Source of the DNA: an uncultured Bdellovibrionales bacterium
GTDB lineage: Bacteria; Patescibacteriota; Minisyncoccia; Moranbacterales; UBA1568
Assembly: GCA_964594215.1 (NCBI GenBank)
Contig: CAZQLN010000003.1
Location: 25,447-89,446, forward strand
Length of the DNA stretch: 64,000 nucleotides
Direction: 5' to 3'
Shown: piece by piece, positions 17,932 to 27,842 of the stretch
How the letters are laid out: each line of letters opens with the position of its first letter
Numbering within the stretch: position 1 is the first letter of the stretch
Position numbers and translations under genes: made by a program
The notes under the pieces: model-generated
Databases searched by the model: none
The model's input: only the letters and a program-made list of their open reading frames with translations
Told to the model about the DNA's origin: nothing

Positions 17932-20307
17932 ATGAAATATTCATATAACTGGCTCAAAGAACTTTCCGGTACACGCAAATCACCAGAACAACTGGCGAAA
18001 CTTTTGATGATGCGAGCCTTTGAAGTCGAAGAGGTGGTTAAGTACCCCCATGGTCTTGATGGTGTAGTTATCGGTAAGGTAGAAACTCTCAAAAAGCATC
18101 CAAACGCTGATAGATTGAGAGTAGCTAAAGTGCGCGTAGCTAAAGAACAAATCCAGCAAATTGTCTGTGGAGCACGAAATATAGAGGTTGGCCAAATGGT
18201 AGCGGTCATATTGCCAGGGAGTACTCTTCCTGATGGCACCTTGATTCAAGCAACTAAACTGCGTGATGTGATGTCACGAGGCATGATCTGTTCACCAAAA
18301 GAACTCGGTCTAGGAGAAAGTCACGAGGGGATTTTGGTGTTACCTGACAATGCCCCACTCGGCGCTTATTTTGCCAAACATTATGGGCTTGATGACAGCA
18401 TTCTTGATATTAAGATTTTGCCAGATCGTGGCGGAGACGCTCTTTCCCATGAGGGTATGGCTCGAGAAATCGCCGCTCTTGATGGTTATGCGCCACGCTT
18501 TACCGAAAAGGAACGAAAGAAACTTAAAATTCCAGCCTATAACCGTGCACCCAAAGTAATTATCCAAGACAAAAAAGCAAGTGGTCGTTATAGCGGGCTA
18601 CTTATCAAAGGGGTTGCTACGAGTGAATCACCATTGTGGCTTCAGACAAAACTGATTGTTCTTGGTATGAAACCCAAGAATGTCGTTGTCGATATCACTA
18701 ACTATTTGATGCTTCTTTCGGGTCAACCAGTTCACGCTTTTGATGCTGATAAAATCGAAGGTGGTATTGTAGTGCGTCGGGCTAAGAAAAATGAAAAACT
18801 GAAAATTCTTACCGGAGAGACTATTAAACTCCAGGCGACCGATATTGTTATTGCCGATAGTAAAAAAGTTCTAGCACTCGCTGGGGTAATGGGAGGAATG
18901 AATTCAGCGGTGACCGAGAAGACAACGAATATTTTTGTTGAAGTAGCGGTATTTGAAAGTACCAGTATCAGAAAAACCAAACAGCTTCATAACCTACCGA
19001 CAGATGCCAGTTATCGTTTCGAACGAGGCGTTTCCCTGGAGCTTGCGAGCGAGGTATTGCCACTTGGAGCAGCTCTTTATACAGATCTTGCAGGGGGTAA
19101 GTTGTTTGGTATGCGAGATGTGCGTTTACTCGAGCATAAGACTCACAAGATACTTCTCTCTGAACAATTAGTGCATGATGTGTTGGGTGTGCGGGTGCCC
19201 CTATTTGAAATTGTGAGGCTCTTAGCCTTACTCGGACTCAAGGTCAAAAAGAAGGCTGACAAGGCAGTCCTTGAGGTAGCTATTCCAGAAAGACGACCCG
19301 ACCTGCATGATGCTTGGAATTTGATCGAGGAAATAGGTCGTATGCGAGGTTATGACAAGATTCAAGCGGAAGCACCGCTCTTACCGCTCACTTTTCGTCA
19401 GACAGAAAATAGTCGAGCACGTGAGTATGTAGCTAAGCGTCACGCGACACTCCTTGGTTTTGATGAGGTGATGACTTATTCCTTTTATAGTGAAAAAGAT
19501 ATTCAGACCAGTAAATTCGATAAGAACACCCATGCCTATCTTGAAAGCCCACTCTCACCAGAATATACCTATCTTCGTCAGTCGCTTTTACCACTTCTTC
19601 TTCGTAAAGCCAAAGAGAATCTTCGTCATTTTGATCACTTCGCCTTGTTTGAAATAGGAAACATTTTCCTCCTCCCTCCCAAAAAAACCTTGATCGAGTG
19701 GTCAGAAATTGCTTTTGTCGAAGTGGTTAAGCCTAAAGCTGTTGAGCCAGCCCTGTTTACTCTAAAAGAGAAAGTAGTGAGTTTCCTCGCATCGCTTGAT
19801 ATTGGTGATATAGAGGTAGTGCCAATAGATGAGGATGAGGATATCAATTTTCTCCATCCTACCAGAAGAGCTGACATCACGCTTTCGGGCGTGGTAGTAG
19901 GAACGCTTGGTGAAATTCATCCAGCAATCGCCAAGAATTTTTCTCTCCCAGAGGGGAGGGTAGCGGTAGCAAGTTTACGTTTCGATGAATTGGAGCACGC
20001 TAGACGTAAAGCCACGACTTTTGAGCCATTGCAGAAATTTCCCTTTGCTACTCGTGATATTACCTTGTGGTTTCCATCCAAAGTAACTGCACTTGAGGCT
20101 CGCGAAGTGATCAAAGAAGGTGGAGGAGAGCTGCTTCGCGAGAGTGAACTTTTCGCTATTTATGAAAAAGAAGGGGAGAAGAGTTATTCCTTCCATCTGG
20201 CTTTTGGAGCGAGTGATCGTACCCTCACCGCCCTAGAGATGGACGTTTCTTTTGATACCATCGTGACTCTAGCCAAAGAACGCTATGAAGGCTATATCCG
20301 TTACTAA
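17932..20307 (+). CDS. pheT: phenylalanine--tRNA ligase beta subunit
   Basis: N-terminal tRNA-binding OB domain (…VGKVETLKKHPNADRLRVAKV…), B3/B4 and B5 regions, 791 aa; immediately downstream of pheS. Confidence 0.9.
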   Translation: MKYSYNWLKELSGTRKSPEQLAKLLMMRAFEVEEVVKYPHGLDGVVIGKVETLKKHPNADRLRVAKVRVAKEQIQQIVCGARNIEVGQMVAVILPGSTLPDGTLIQATKLRDVMSRGMICSPKELGLGESHEGILVLPDNAPLGAYFAKHYGLDDSILDIKILPDRGGDALSHEGMAREIAALDGYAPRFTEKERKKLKIPAYNRAPKVIIQDKKASGRYSGLLIKGVATSESPLWLQTKLIVLGMKPKNVVVDITNYLMLLSGQPVHAFDADKIEGGIVVRRAKKNEKLKILTGETIKLQATDIVIADSKKVLALAGVMGGMNSAVTEKTTNIFVEVAVFESTSIRKTKQLHNLPTDASYRFERGVSLELASEVLPLGAALYTDLAGGKLFGMRDVRLLEHKTHKILLSEQLVHDVLGVRVPLFEIVRLLALLGLKVKKKADKAVLEVAIPERRPDLHDAWNLIEEIGRMRGYDKIQAEAPLLPLTFRQTENSRAREYVAKRHATLLGFDEVMTYSFYSEKDIQTSKFDKNTHAYLESPLSPEYTYLRQSLLPLLLRKAKENLRHFDHFALFEIGNIFLLPPKKTLIEWSEIAFVEVVKPKAVEPALFTLKEKVVSFLASLDIGDIEVVPIDEDEDINFLHPTRRADITLSGVVVGTLGEIHPAIAKNFSLPEGRVAVASLRFDELEHARRKATTFEPLQKFPFATRDITLWFPSKVTALEAREVIKEGGGELLRESELFAIYEKEGEKSYSFHLAFGASDRTLTALEMDVSFDTIVTLAKERYEGYIRY

Positions 20308-20315
20308 GTGTTTCC

Positions 20316-21422
20316 ATGAAGATAGCATTGGTGCATGACTATTTGGTGCAGTACGGGGGAGCAGAAAGAGTGTTGGAAGCCTTTCAGGAGCTCTATCCAT
20401 ATGCTCCTATCTATACCCTGATTCATGATCAGGATTCTATGCATGGTCACTTCGCCAAAAGCCGTATCCACACGTCTTTTCTCCAGCGCTTTCCTTTCTC
20501 CAAAAAACGCCACCGTTTGTTTCCGCCACTGATGCCTCTAGCTATCGAGGGTTTTGATTTGTCAGCCTATGATGTAGTACTCTCAGATTCATCGAGTTTT
20601 GCTAAGGGTGTAATCACTGGTCCAGAGACACTGCATGTCTGTTATATGCACACCCCGATGCGTTATGCGTGGGATGATTGCCAGAAGTACACAGAGGATT
20701 TTGGTCTACCTGGTTTAATCAAAAAGCTCGTGCCGTTGTTCATGAGTCCGATTCGCCTGTGGGACCGAGCCAGCGCTGAACGAGTAGATCATATTATTTC
20801 TAACTCACGCTTCGTAGCTAATCGTATTCGTAAGTATTATCGTAAAGATTCCACAGTCATTCATCCGCCAGTCAATGTCTCACAATTCTATCTCTCTCAA
20901 GAGCCCTCCAAAGACTATTTCTTGATGGTTGGCCGCCTCATTGCCTACAAGCGTCATGACATTGCTATCGAAGCTTTCAATGAACTCAAACTGCCACTCA
21001 AAATCATTGGTCGAGGACCAGAACTTGACCGCCTCAAGAAACTGGCTGGACCGACAATTGAGTTTTTGGGTCGCGTACCCGAAGAAGAACTCCCTCGTTA
21101 CTATGCTGAATGTCGAGGTTTTGTTTTCCCACAAGAAGAAGATTTCGGTATTGTAGCCATTGAGGCTATGGCTTCGGGTAAACCCCTGATCGCCTATCGA
21201 GGTGGTGATATTGTAGAACATATGGAGGAGGGAAAGATGGGTGAATATTTTGATGAACAGACCAAAGAATCCCTTATTGGAGCTCTAAAACGCTTCAAGG
21301 AAAGCGAATATGACCCAAACTACATCCGTGATAAAGCCTTTCCTTTTGACAAAGAGCGATTCAAGGCTACAATAAAGGACTACCTCGAGAAAGTGGTGAC
21401 CGAACATCAAATGAAAAGCTAA
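20316..21422 (+). CDS. glycosyltransferase family 4
   Basis: GT4 N-terminal domain (KIALVHDYLVQYGGAERV) and C-terminal E-x7-E region (EDFGIVAIEAMASGKPLIA). Confidence 0.8.
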   Translation: MKIALVHDYLVQYGGAERVLEAFQELYPYAPIYTLIHDQDSMHGHFAKSRIHTSFLQRFPFSKKRHRLFPPLMPLAIEGFDLSAYDVVLSDSSSFAKGVITGPETLHVCYMHTPMRYAWDDCQKYTEDFGLPGLIKKLVPLFMSPIRLWDRASAERVDHIISNSRFVANRIRKYYRKDSTVIHPPVNVSQFYLSQEPSKDYFLMVGRLIAYKRHDIAIEAFNELKLPLKIIGRGPELDRLKKLAGPTIEFLGRVPEEELPRYYAECRGFVFPQEEDFGIVAIEAMASGKPLIAYRGGDIVEHMEEGKMGEYFDEQTKESLIGALKRFKESEYDPNYIRDKAFPFDKERFKATIKDYLEKVVTEHQMKS

Positions 21423-21426
21423 CTTT

Positions 21427-22047
21427 ATGGAACTCCGAGACATACTCAAACTCTTCTATCAACAGCGTAACCTCTATCTAGCGGTTATTGGTTTTTGTCT
21501 CTTGCTGGGTTTTTTGTTTACCCTTTATGAACCAGAACGCTATCAGGCAAATCTTTTGATTACTATTGGACGGACTGAGAGTGCCCCAACCGTAGAGTAC
21601 AGTTACGATAGTTTCTATCGTCTTCAGGCGGATGAGCGTTTTGCTGATACTTTGGTACGACTTTTGAGCACACCACGGGTCACTGAAGATATTTTTGCAG
21701 ACGCTCAAATAGCACCAAGTCCTGAGGCTGGTTATTTTACGGCGAGACGCTTATCATCGCAGGTAGTAGAGGTGACTTTTGAGAGTAAAGATCCCAAGAC
21801 TCTACCGATAATTGGAGCGAGTCTGGACAAGGTGCTTACTGCCTATACTGACAACCTCAACACTCAAGAGGTCAAAAAAGAAAACTGGTTCCGTGTTATC
21901 ACTGCTGATCCAGTAATTAGTGATGCTCGAGCAGGGAAGACGCTGGTATTTGTACTCGCACTCTTCGCTGGCCTTTTCTTGGGTTTCTGGTTGGTTTTAA
22001 TACGTCATTACTTATACGGATCACAACTACATGCGCATCGGGATTGA
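21427..22047 (+). CDS. short Wzz/polysaccharide co-polymerase-like membrane protein (N- and C-terminal TM, no long coiled coil)
   Basis: Architecture and the post-TM1 block LYEPERYQANLLITIGRTES resemble Wzz N-terminal domains. Paralog of 53090..53725. Confidence 0.5.
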   Translation: MELRDILKLFYQQRNLYLAVIGFCLLLGFLFTLYEPERYQANLLITIGRTESAPTVEYSYDSFYRLQADERFADTLVRLLSTPRVTEDIFADAQIAPSPEAGYFTARRLSSQVVEVTFESKDPKTLPIIGASLDKVLTAYTDNLNTQEVKKENWFRVITADPVISDARAGKTLVFVLALFAGLFLGFWLVLIRHYLYGSQLHAHRD

Positions 22048-23179
22048 TATTCGGTGTCTGGCGGAGGGACGGCGCACAGGAGTAGAAGAATATACATTAG
22101 GATTACTGAAAGAGCTCCTGCATACTGGTGGAGATCATCAGTATGTTTTGTTTTTTAATTCGTGGAAGCCAGCCCCACGTTTTCTTCAAGCACTGGCTCA
22201 TCACGGGAATGTGACCCTCAAGGCCTATCGTTTTCCCAATAAACTACTCAATTTTTGTCTGTGGTACCTCCGTTTCCCCACTCTAGATTGGCTGATGGGC
22301 GGAGTGGATGTAGTCTTTCTTCCTAACCAAAATTTTGTAGGGGTGAGTCGACAAGTGCCTCTGGTGGTCACCGCACATGATCTCTCTTTTGAGCTATTTG
22401 CGGAGACGTTTTCGTGGAAGCAGCGATTTTGGCACTATTTTGTGAATTTCCGAGGCCTCACTAGACGCGCCACTAAGGTGCTCGCGGTTTCTCATTCTAC
22501 CAAGAGAGATATCGTGGATACTTATGGCACTGGGGAACATAAGATTAAGGTGATTCCAAGCGGGTATGATACTCGCTGTCAGGTGATTGATCGTAATAAC
22601 GAAAGCCTCATTGCAGTGCAGAAACGTTACCAGTTACCTTTCAAATACATTCTTTCTTTCGCTACCTTTGAACCGCGTAAGAATCTCATTTCAGTTATCG
22701 AAGCCTACGAAGAGTTTATCAAACAGAACCCTACCTCTCCCTACCATCTGGTATTAGCTGGGAGTCCTGGTTGGGAGAAGAGAGCTCTTTATCAGCGTAT
22801 CCGTAACTCAGCGGTGGGGGAGAAGATCCATCTTATTGGTTTTGTGAGTGAGGAAGATAAACCTGGCGTCTATAACTTAGCAAGTGTTTTCGTTTATCCT
22901 TCAGTCTACGAAGGTTTTGGCTTCCCACCTCTTGAAGCTATGGCTTGTGGTGTGCCCGTGATTGTCTCACACAGTTCATCCTTACCAGAACTCGTAGCTG
23001 ACGCTGGTATCCTGATTGATCCGTACCGACCGCAGGAAATTTTCGATGCTTTTGAGGCTTTGCTCAAAGATACGGAGCTTGCTTCGCTACTACGGGCTCG
23101 AGGCCTAGAGAGAGCAACTCAGTTTTCTTGGGCGCGTACAGCCAGAGAAACTCTCGAACTATTTGAGAGCTTAGTTTAA
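22031..23179 (+). CDS. glycosyltransferase family 4
   Basis: EGFGFPPLEAMACGVPVIVS and GT4 fold; 17-nt overlap with the upstream gene. Confidence 0.8.
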   Translation: MRIGIDIRCLAEGRRTGVEEYTLGLLKELLHTGGDHQYVLFFNSWKPAPRFLQALAHHGNVTLKAYRFPNKLLNFCLWYLRFPTLDWLMGGVDVVFLPNQNFVGVSRQVPLVVTAHDLSFELFAETFSWKQRFWHYFVNFRGLTRRATKVLAVSHSTKRDIVDTYGTGEHKIKVIPSGYDTRCQVIDRNNESLIAVQKRYQLPFKYILSFATFEPRKNLISVIEAYEEFIKQNPTSPYHLVLAGSPGWEKRALYQRIRNSAVGEKIHLIGFVSEEDKPGVYNLASVFVYPSVYEGFGFPPLEAMACGVPVIVSHSSSLPELVADAGILIDPYRPQEIFDAFEALLKDTELASLLRARGLERATQFSWARTARETLELFESLV

Positions 23180-23259
23180 GCTTTTGTGGATAACTCATCT
23201 ACAGAAAGGCTAAAAAGGAGTATAATGAAAGGGCGTAATAATTGTTTAAATAAAGCAAT

Positions 23260-24624
23260 ATGCCAAATACAAAAAGTAAGTCAGTTAATTTTTTTACCGC
23301 TCTATTGATAACCCTTTTCTCATTTTCTGGGTTCGCTTTTGCCTATACGGTAAGTACAGGTACCCCTTTTATGGCCATGATCTCACAGGCTCATAATGGT
23401 GAAGATGACAATGAAGATAGTAATGATAGTGGGGACGACAACGAGGATGATAACGAAGACGATAATGAGGATGAGAATGATGATCAGGATAAGGTAGAAA
23501 AAGAAGCTGAAAAGAAAGCTAAAGAAGAAGCTAAGCACAAGGCTGAGTTCCAGCGTGAGCAACTCAAGAAAAAGTCAGAATGGTTACGCAAACAGGTAGA
23601 GAGTCGTCGTGAAGCTGAAAACAAAATCGATGATGACGAAGATGAGAATGAAAATGAGGACGAGCAAGAACATGAGCAAGATGACAAAAAAGCAGATCTC
23701 CTCAAAGATATCAACGAAGACATTATTGATGCCGAAGAACGCATAGCGCGAGCTCAGGCTGAAGGTATTGATGTAACCAAGGCGATGGCTACTTTAGCTG
23801 TTGCCAAGGAGAAGGCTAGTGCCGCTGAGCAAGCTCTTGCTGACACTTCGTATGAGGCATTGCGGAGTATCGCCCGTGAAGTCAAAAAACTAGCTCATTT
23901 CGCTAGTCACAAGGATGTCAAAAGCTCCCGCGATATGGAGAAGGATGTGAGTAAGATAGCCAAACGTATTGCTCAAACCAAAGGCAAGATCAGTCTGTAT
24001 GAGAGTCTGGGAGGCGATGCTGGAGCACTGAGTGCCTCATTGGCTACATTGGAGTCAGAATTCAATGCTCTCAAAGAAAATCTAGCCAAGGGTGGTCAAG
24101 ACCAGATTAATGCCCTTGGAGCTCTCGATCCTCTCGAGCGCAAGGTTAAGCGTCTTAAGAGTAGTGTCGAGGCAGCTATTTATGCCCTCGGTGGCACTGA
24201 TGAGCGCTATGATGATGATTATGAAAATGAAGTAGAAGATATCTACGAAGGACTCAATGATGTTGCGGAAATTGAAGGGGATGACTTAGGTGAACAGATT
24301 CGCTCTATTGCTACTGCTCAGAAGAGCTCGGTAGATAAGGTTAGTGGTCCAGTAGAGGCTATCGATAAGCGTAGTCAGGTACTGCAGTTCCTCCTTGGTA
24401 CGAAGAAGAGTGAAATTGAGAAATTGGAAACGGAAATTACTGCTAACAAGGCTCGTATCGAAGTTTTGACTCAGGCAGCTGATAAAATAGATGATCCAGA
24501 AGTCCGTGCTATTCTCTTGGCTCAGGTGACTGATCTAGAGATGGAGACAACTAAGCTCGAGACCTTTGTCTCTGGCCAAAAAGACCGTCTCAGCGCCTTT
24601 GGCTGGTTCTTCAACCTTTTCTAG
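23260..24624 (+). CDS. signal-anchored, highly acidic D/E/N-repeat coiled-coil protein (hypothetical)
   Basis: N-terminal hydrophobic segment, then DDNEDDNEDDNEDENDDQD-type repeats and long heptad-like charged helices. Confidence 0.55.
   Translation: MPNTKSKSVNFFTALLITLFSFSGFAFAYTVSTGTPFMAMISQAHNGEDDNEDSNDSGDDNEDDNEDDNEDENDDQDKVEKEAEKKAKEEAKHKAEFQREQLKKKSEWLRKQVESRREAENKIDDDEDENENEDEQEHEQDDKKADLLKDINEDIIDAEERIARAQAEGIDVTKAMATLAVAKEKASAAEQALADTSYEALRSIAREVKKLAHFASHKDVKSSRDMEKDVSKIAKRIAQTKGKISLYESLGGDAGALSASLATLESEFNALKENLAKGGQDQINALGALDPLERKVKRLKSSVEAAIYALGGTDERYDDDYENEVEDIYEGLNDVAEIEGDDLGEQIRSIATAQKSSVDKVSGPVEAIDKRSQVLQFLLGTKKSEIEKLETEITANKARIEVLTQAADKIDDPEVRAILLAQVTDLEMETTKLETFVSGQKDRLSAFGWFFNLF
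23400..23480 (+). repeat. low-complexity GAT/GAA/AAT codon repeats encoding the poly-D/E/N tract
   Basis: Direct reading of gatgacaatgaagat…gataatgaggatgagaatgatgat. Confidence 0.6.
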
Positions 24625-24783
24625 GAGAGAAAGAGGCTAAATTAGTTTACCTCTCCTCGTTCGGAAACAAAAAATAATTTTTGTTTCGCTCACTTCAGAC
24701 GGTAATAAGACCAAAAAAAGGGCTCCTAGAGAGCTCTTTTTGGGTATATGGTATAGTTTCATAATAAGAGATATCCAAAAGGC

Positions 24784-25359
24784 ATGGAAATAGAATACGA
24801 AGCTACTTTTCCTAATGTTGATAAAGACGTTGTCCGCAAGAAGCTCCAAGAAGTTGGAGCGAGTCTTTTGCGTCCTGAATATACTCAGCGACGAAGGGTC
24901 TACCACTTACCAGTAGGTCATGAAATTAACGGTGGTTGGATGAGAGTGAGAGATGAGGGAGATAAGATCATGATTACCCTCAAGATTGTTGATGGTGAGA
25001 AAATAGAAAATCAAAAAGAGATCAATCTGGGAGTTAATGACTTTGAGACAGCTTGCGAGTTGGTAAAAAATCTAGGTTGTCGAGAAAAAGCCTACCAGGT
25101 AACGAAACGTGAACTTTGGCAGCTCAATGGTGTAGAAGTAACCATTGATGAGTGGCCGTTTCTTGAACCGTTTGTTGAAGTTGAGGGCAAATCAGAAGCT
25201 GACGTAAAAGCTGTTGCGGAGAAATTGGGATTTAACTATTCGGAAGCATTATTTTGTGCTGTAGGCACACTATATGCCAAGAAATATAGTGTTAGCGAAG
25301 ATGTCATAAATAACGAAACTCCCGTTCTTGATTTTGAGGGTGAAAATCCATTTCTGTAA
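24784..25359 (+). CDS. CYTH-domain protein (class IV adenylyl cyclase / triphosphate-tunnel metalloenzyme family)
   Basis: N-terminal EIEYE (ExExK-like) motif and about 190 aa, typical of CYTH. Confidence 0.6.
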   Translation: MEIEYEATFPNVDKDVVRKKLQEVGASLLRPEYTQRRRVYHLPVGHEINGGWMRVRDEGDKIMITLKIVDGEKIENQKEINLGVNDFETACELVKNLGCREKAYQVTKRELWQLNGVEVTIDEWPFLEPFVEVEGKSEADVKAVAEKLGFNYSEALFCAVGTLYAKKYSVSEDVINNETPVLDFEGENPFL

Positions 25360-25365
25360 GAGTTT

Positions 25366-26250
25366 ATGAATATTGCTGGTAAAGAGTATAAGCATGTTAA
25401 AGATCGTTCATATGGTCTCGGTTCTATCTATACTGATGGAGGGAGTTTTCTGCGTATTGGCGAGGAGAAATTGATCAAAGAAGAGCTAGCTTTTCATAAG
25501 AAGATCCAAAGATATGGTTTTCCAGTTGCAGATATATTAGCAGAAGGGGAAAATCAGCCGGGTCAGTATTACTATATTGAGACATCATTTGGCGATCAGC
25601 TTCTCGCAGATGTTTTTGCTGAAGAATATAAAGAACAAGGGTATGTTTCTGAAGAAAATTTCAACAAAATGTTGGCTGTAGTGTCGGACTTTGCAAGGGC
25701 ACAATATCAAACAGCCAGTACCGAGAGCAGTTTTGATGAGTTTTACCGAGGCATTAAGTGTGGCGACTTGTTAAAAGAAAAACCAGAGTTAGCTGAAAAG
25801 GCGGATGAGGTTTTTGAAAAGATAGAAGAGCGACTCAGGGTTTTTCCGAGAGTCCTTACTCATGGTGACCTGAATCCACATAATGTGTTTCCAAAAGGGG
25901 TTATCGATTTCGCAAATTCATACGAAGCGCCTTTTGGCTTTGATATTGTGAGCAATCTTTTCACCACATATTTTTTTCCTGAATCACCAACCTTTGAGTT
26001 TCAGAGAAGGTCTCAGTTCTCAGAAGAACAAAGACAGAGATATATGAGTTATTTCGACAAACTTTTTAAAGAATGGAATCTTCCCAAGTTGAGTGAGTAT
26101 CTTTCCGAATTTATCATAGCTCGTGGCGTTTGGGCTTGTGTGTGGATGGCAGAGTGGCCAAAAATTCAGACTTGGCGATATGGTAAGATTGAGAAAATGA
26201 TGGATGCATATCTTCGTGATGAGGATGTGACAAAAATCTTAATAGAGTAA
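25366..26250 (+). CDS. phosphotransferase-family small-molecule kinase (APH/choline-kinase/ThiK-like)
   Basis: Catalytic loop VLTHGDLNPHNVF (HGDxxxxN) and downstream D…FD. Confidence 0.65.
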   Translation: MNIAGKEYKHVKDRSYGLGSIYTDGGSFLRIGEEKLIKEELAFHKKIQRYGFPVADILAEGENQPGQYYYIETSFGDQLLADVFAEEYKEQGYVSEENFNKMLAVVSDFARAQYQTASTESSFDEFYRGIKCGDLLKEKPELAEKADEVFEKIEERLRVFPRVLTHGDLNPHNVFPKGVIDFANSYEAPFGFDIVSNLFTTYFFPESPTFEFQRRSQFSEEQRQRYMSYFDKLFKEWNLPKLSEYLSEFIIARGVWACVWMAEWPKIQTWRYGKIEKMMDAYLRDEDVTKILIE

Positions 26251-26265
26251 AGGATATAGTTTTCT

Positions 26266-26796
26266 ATGGAAATCAAGAAATGGCCAGTAGTGAGTAGGGA
26301 ATCTATTTTCAAAAAATATGGGAGAGAAGTAGAACGAGTTGATTTTGAGTTACCCGATGGCAGTGTGGCTGATTTTTATCTTAAAAAAGAGGAAGATACC
26401 GTTTGCATACTGGCTCTTACTAAGAATAATGAGGTCATCCTGGCTAAACAGTTTCGTCCTGGGCCATACGAAGTACTCCTTGAGCTTCCTGGTGGGGGTA
26501 TCGAAGAGGGGGAATCGCCAGAAGTCGCGGGAGCAAGAGAGCTACTAGAAGAGACTGGTTACGCCGGCAAGGCAGAGTTTGTCGTCCAGGCCTTGGATTG
26601 TGGCTACTCTACCAGAAGGAGAAACTGCGTTGCGATTACTGATTGTGAGAAAGTAGCTGAGATTCAGAATACAGCCACAGAAAAGACAGAGGTAGTCCTT
26701 ATGTCACTGTCAGAGTTCCGTGAGCACCTTCGCTCTGGCCAGCTAACAGATATTGAGATAGGTTATCTGGGACTTGATTATCTCGGACTCTTGTAA
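26266..26796 (+). CDS. NUDIX hydrolase
   Basis: Nudix box GGGIEEGESPEVAGARELLEETGY. Confidence 0.8.
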   Translation: MEIKKWPVVSRESIFKKYGREVERVDFELPDGSVADFYLKKEEDTVCILALTKNNEVILAKQFRPGPYEVLLELPGGGIEEGESPEVAGARELLEETGYAGKAEFVVQALDCGYSTRRRNCVAITDCEKVAEIQNTATEKTEVVLMSLSEFREHLRSGQLTDIEIGYLGLDYLGLL

Positions 26797-26798
26797 GT

Positions 26799-27563
26799 AT
26801 GAACAAGTCTATTGAAGTAAAAGAGCTAGACAAGGAGCTTGTGGTGCGTTTTAGTGATAAGACGATAGTGCTACCCCAAGAAGTTCGGGAGAAGATTGAT
26901 GTCTATTGGCAGAGTCTCCTTGATAGTGGGAAGAACTACCGCAGGGGAGAGGTGTTTACCGTTACTAGGGTTACGGAAACGGATGCAACTATAGAAGTGT
27001 TGGTAGAGAAGAGCGACTACGCACACTACCTGTACTGCCAGAATGTCGATACGCTTGGTGAGTATGGCGTGAGAATTATCCACACAGCTTGCCTCGTCAT
27101 TACGAGCGATAATAAAACAGTATTGGGTGAAATGGGATCTCAGACAGCTCGTGCTGGTATGTACCAGCTTTGCGGTGGAGGTATTGAGCTTAGGTATCTA
27201 TATGGTGAGGTTTTTGATTTAGATAAGAATATTAAAGAAGAATTACAAGAAGAACTTGGTATTGATGTGCAGGATAGTACGCGAGTCAAATCTTTTACCG
27301 AAAAATATCTGAAGTCCGGTGGTCCAACAGGTAAAATGACAGTCATTTACGAGTTGTTACTCAATGAGTCTCTGGAAGAATTTTTAGAACACTATGCAGA
27401 TTTTGAGGAAAAGCTTATAGAGAAAGGAGAAAACCCTGAGTTTGGAAGACTTGTAACGTTGCCACTTGATAATAAGGAATTCATAAAGAAATTCTTTGAG
27501 CAAAATGAGAAAAAGTGTGACGAGTACTTGAAGCCTTTATTTGAAGCTCTAAATTTACTCTGA
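26799..27563 (+). CDS. hypothetical protein with degenerate Nudix-like box
   Basis: GGGIELRYLYGEVFDLDKNIKEELQEELGI resembles a degraded Nudix motif; 2-nt gap to the upstream gene. Confidence 0.45.
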   Translation: MNKSIEVKELDKELVVRFSDKTIVLPQEVREKIDVYWQSLLDSGKNYRRGEVFTVTRVTETDATIEVLVEKSDYAHYLYCQNVDTLGEYGVRIIHTACLVITSDNKTVLGEMGSQTARAGMYQLCGGGIELRYLYGEVFDLDKNIKEELQEELGIDVQDSTRVKSFTEKYLKSGGPTGKMTVIYELLLNESLEEFLEHYADFEEKLIEKGENPEFGRLVTLPLDNKEFIKKFFEQNEKKCDEYLKPLFEALNLL

Positions 27564-27623
27564 TTTATATTTAAGATGAGAATTAAAGTTAGCACTACAA
27601 ATTAGTGAGAGTATGAGGTAACT

Positions 27624-27652
27624 TTGACAGAGATTGAGATGTGTGTTATATA
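27624..27652 (+). promoter_or_regulatory. near-consensus sigma70 promoter TTGACA-N17-TATATA in a 338-nt ORF-track-free region
   Basis: Exact -35 hexamer and 17-nt spacer read directly; would drive the 46-codon ORF / putative sRNA. Confidence 0.45.
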
Positions 27653-27680
27653 TTAATAATCTAAATTTTGGTGTAAAGAT

Positions 27681-27821
27681 ATGAATTTACAGGTCCAGCA
27701 AATGAATACAATTAAGTCACCGATCACAAACAATGATCGTGGTTTTGCCTATCTTGAAGGCAAGGCAATTGTATTAAGCTGGAGTTATCAAAATATCTTA
27801 CCAAAAACCTCTTAAAGCGTA
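27681..27821 (+). CDS. possible 46-aa small protein (MNLQVQQMNTIKSPITNNDRGFAYLEGKAIVLSWSYQNILPKTS) or non-coding RNA body
   Basis: Only ORF between promoter and terminator; weak SD; below the ORF-track length cutoff. Confidence 0.25.
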
Positions 27822-27842
27822 GTAACTCTCTCCATTTAGATG

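Noticed and set aside
23400-23480. Short tandem repeats
   Set aside because: Codon-level low complexity inside a CDS, not a CRISPR array or satellite. No CRISPR-like repeat-spacer structure was seen anywhere in the window.
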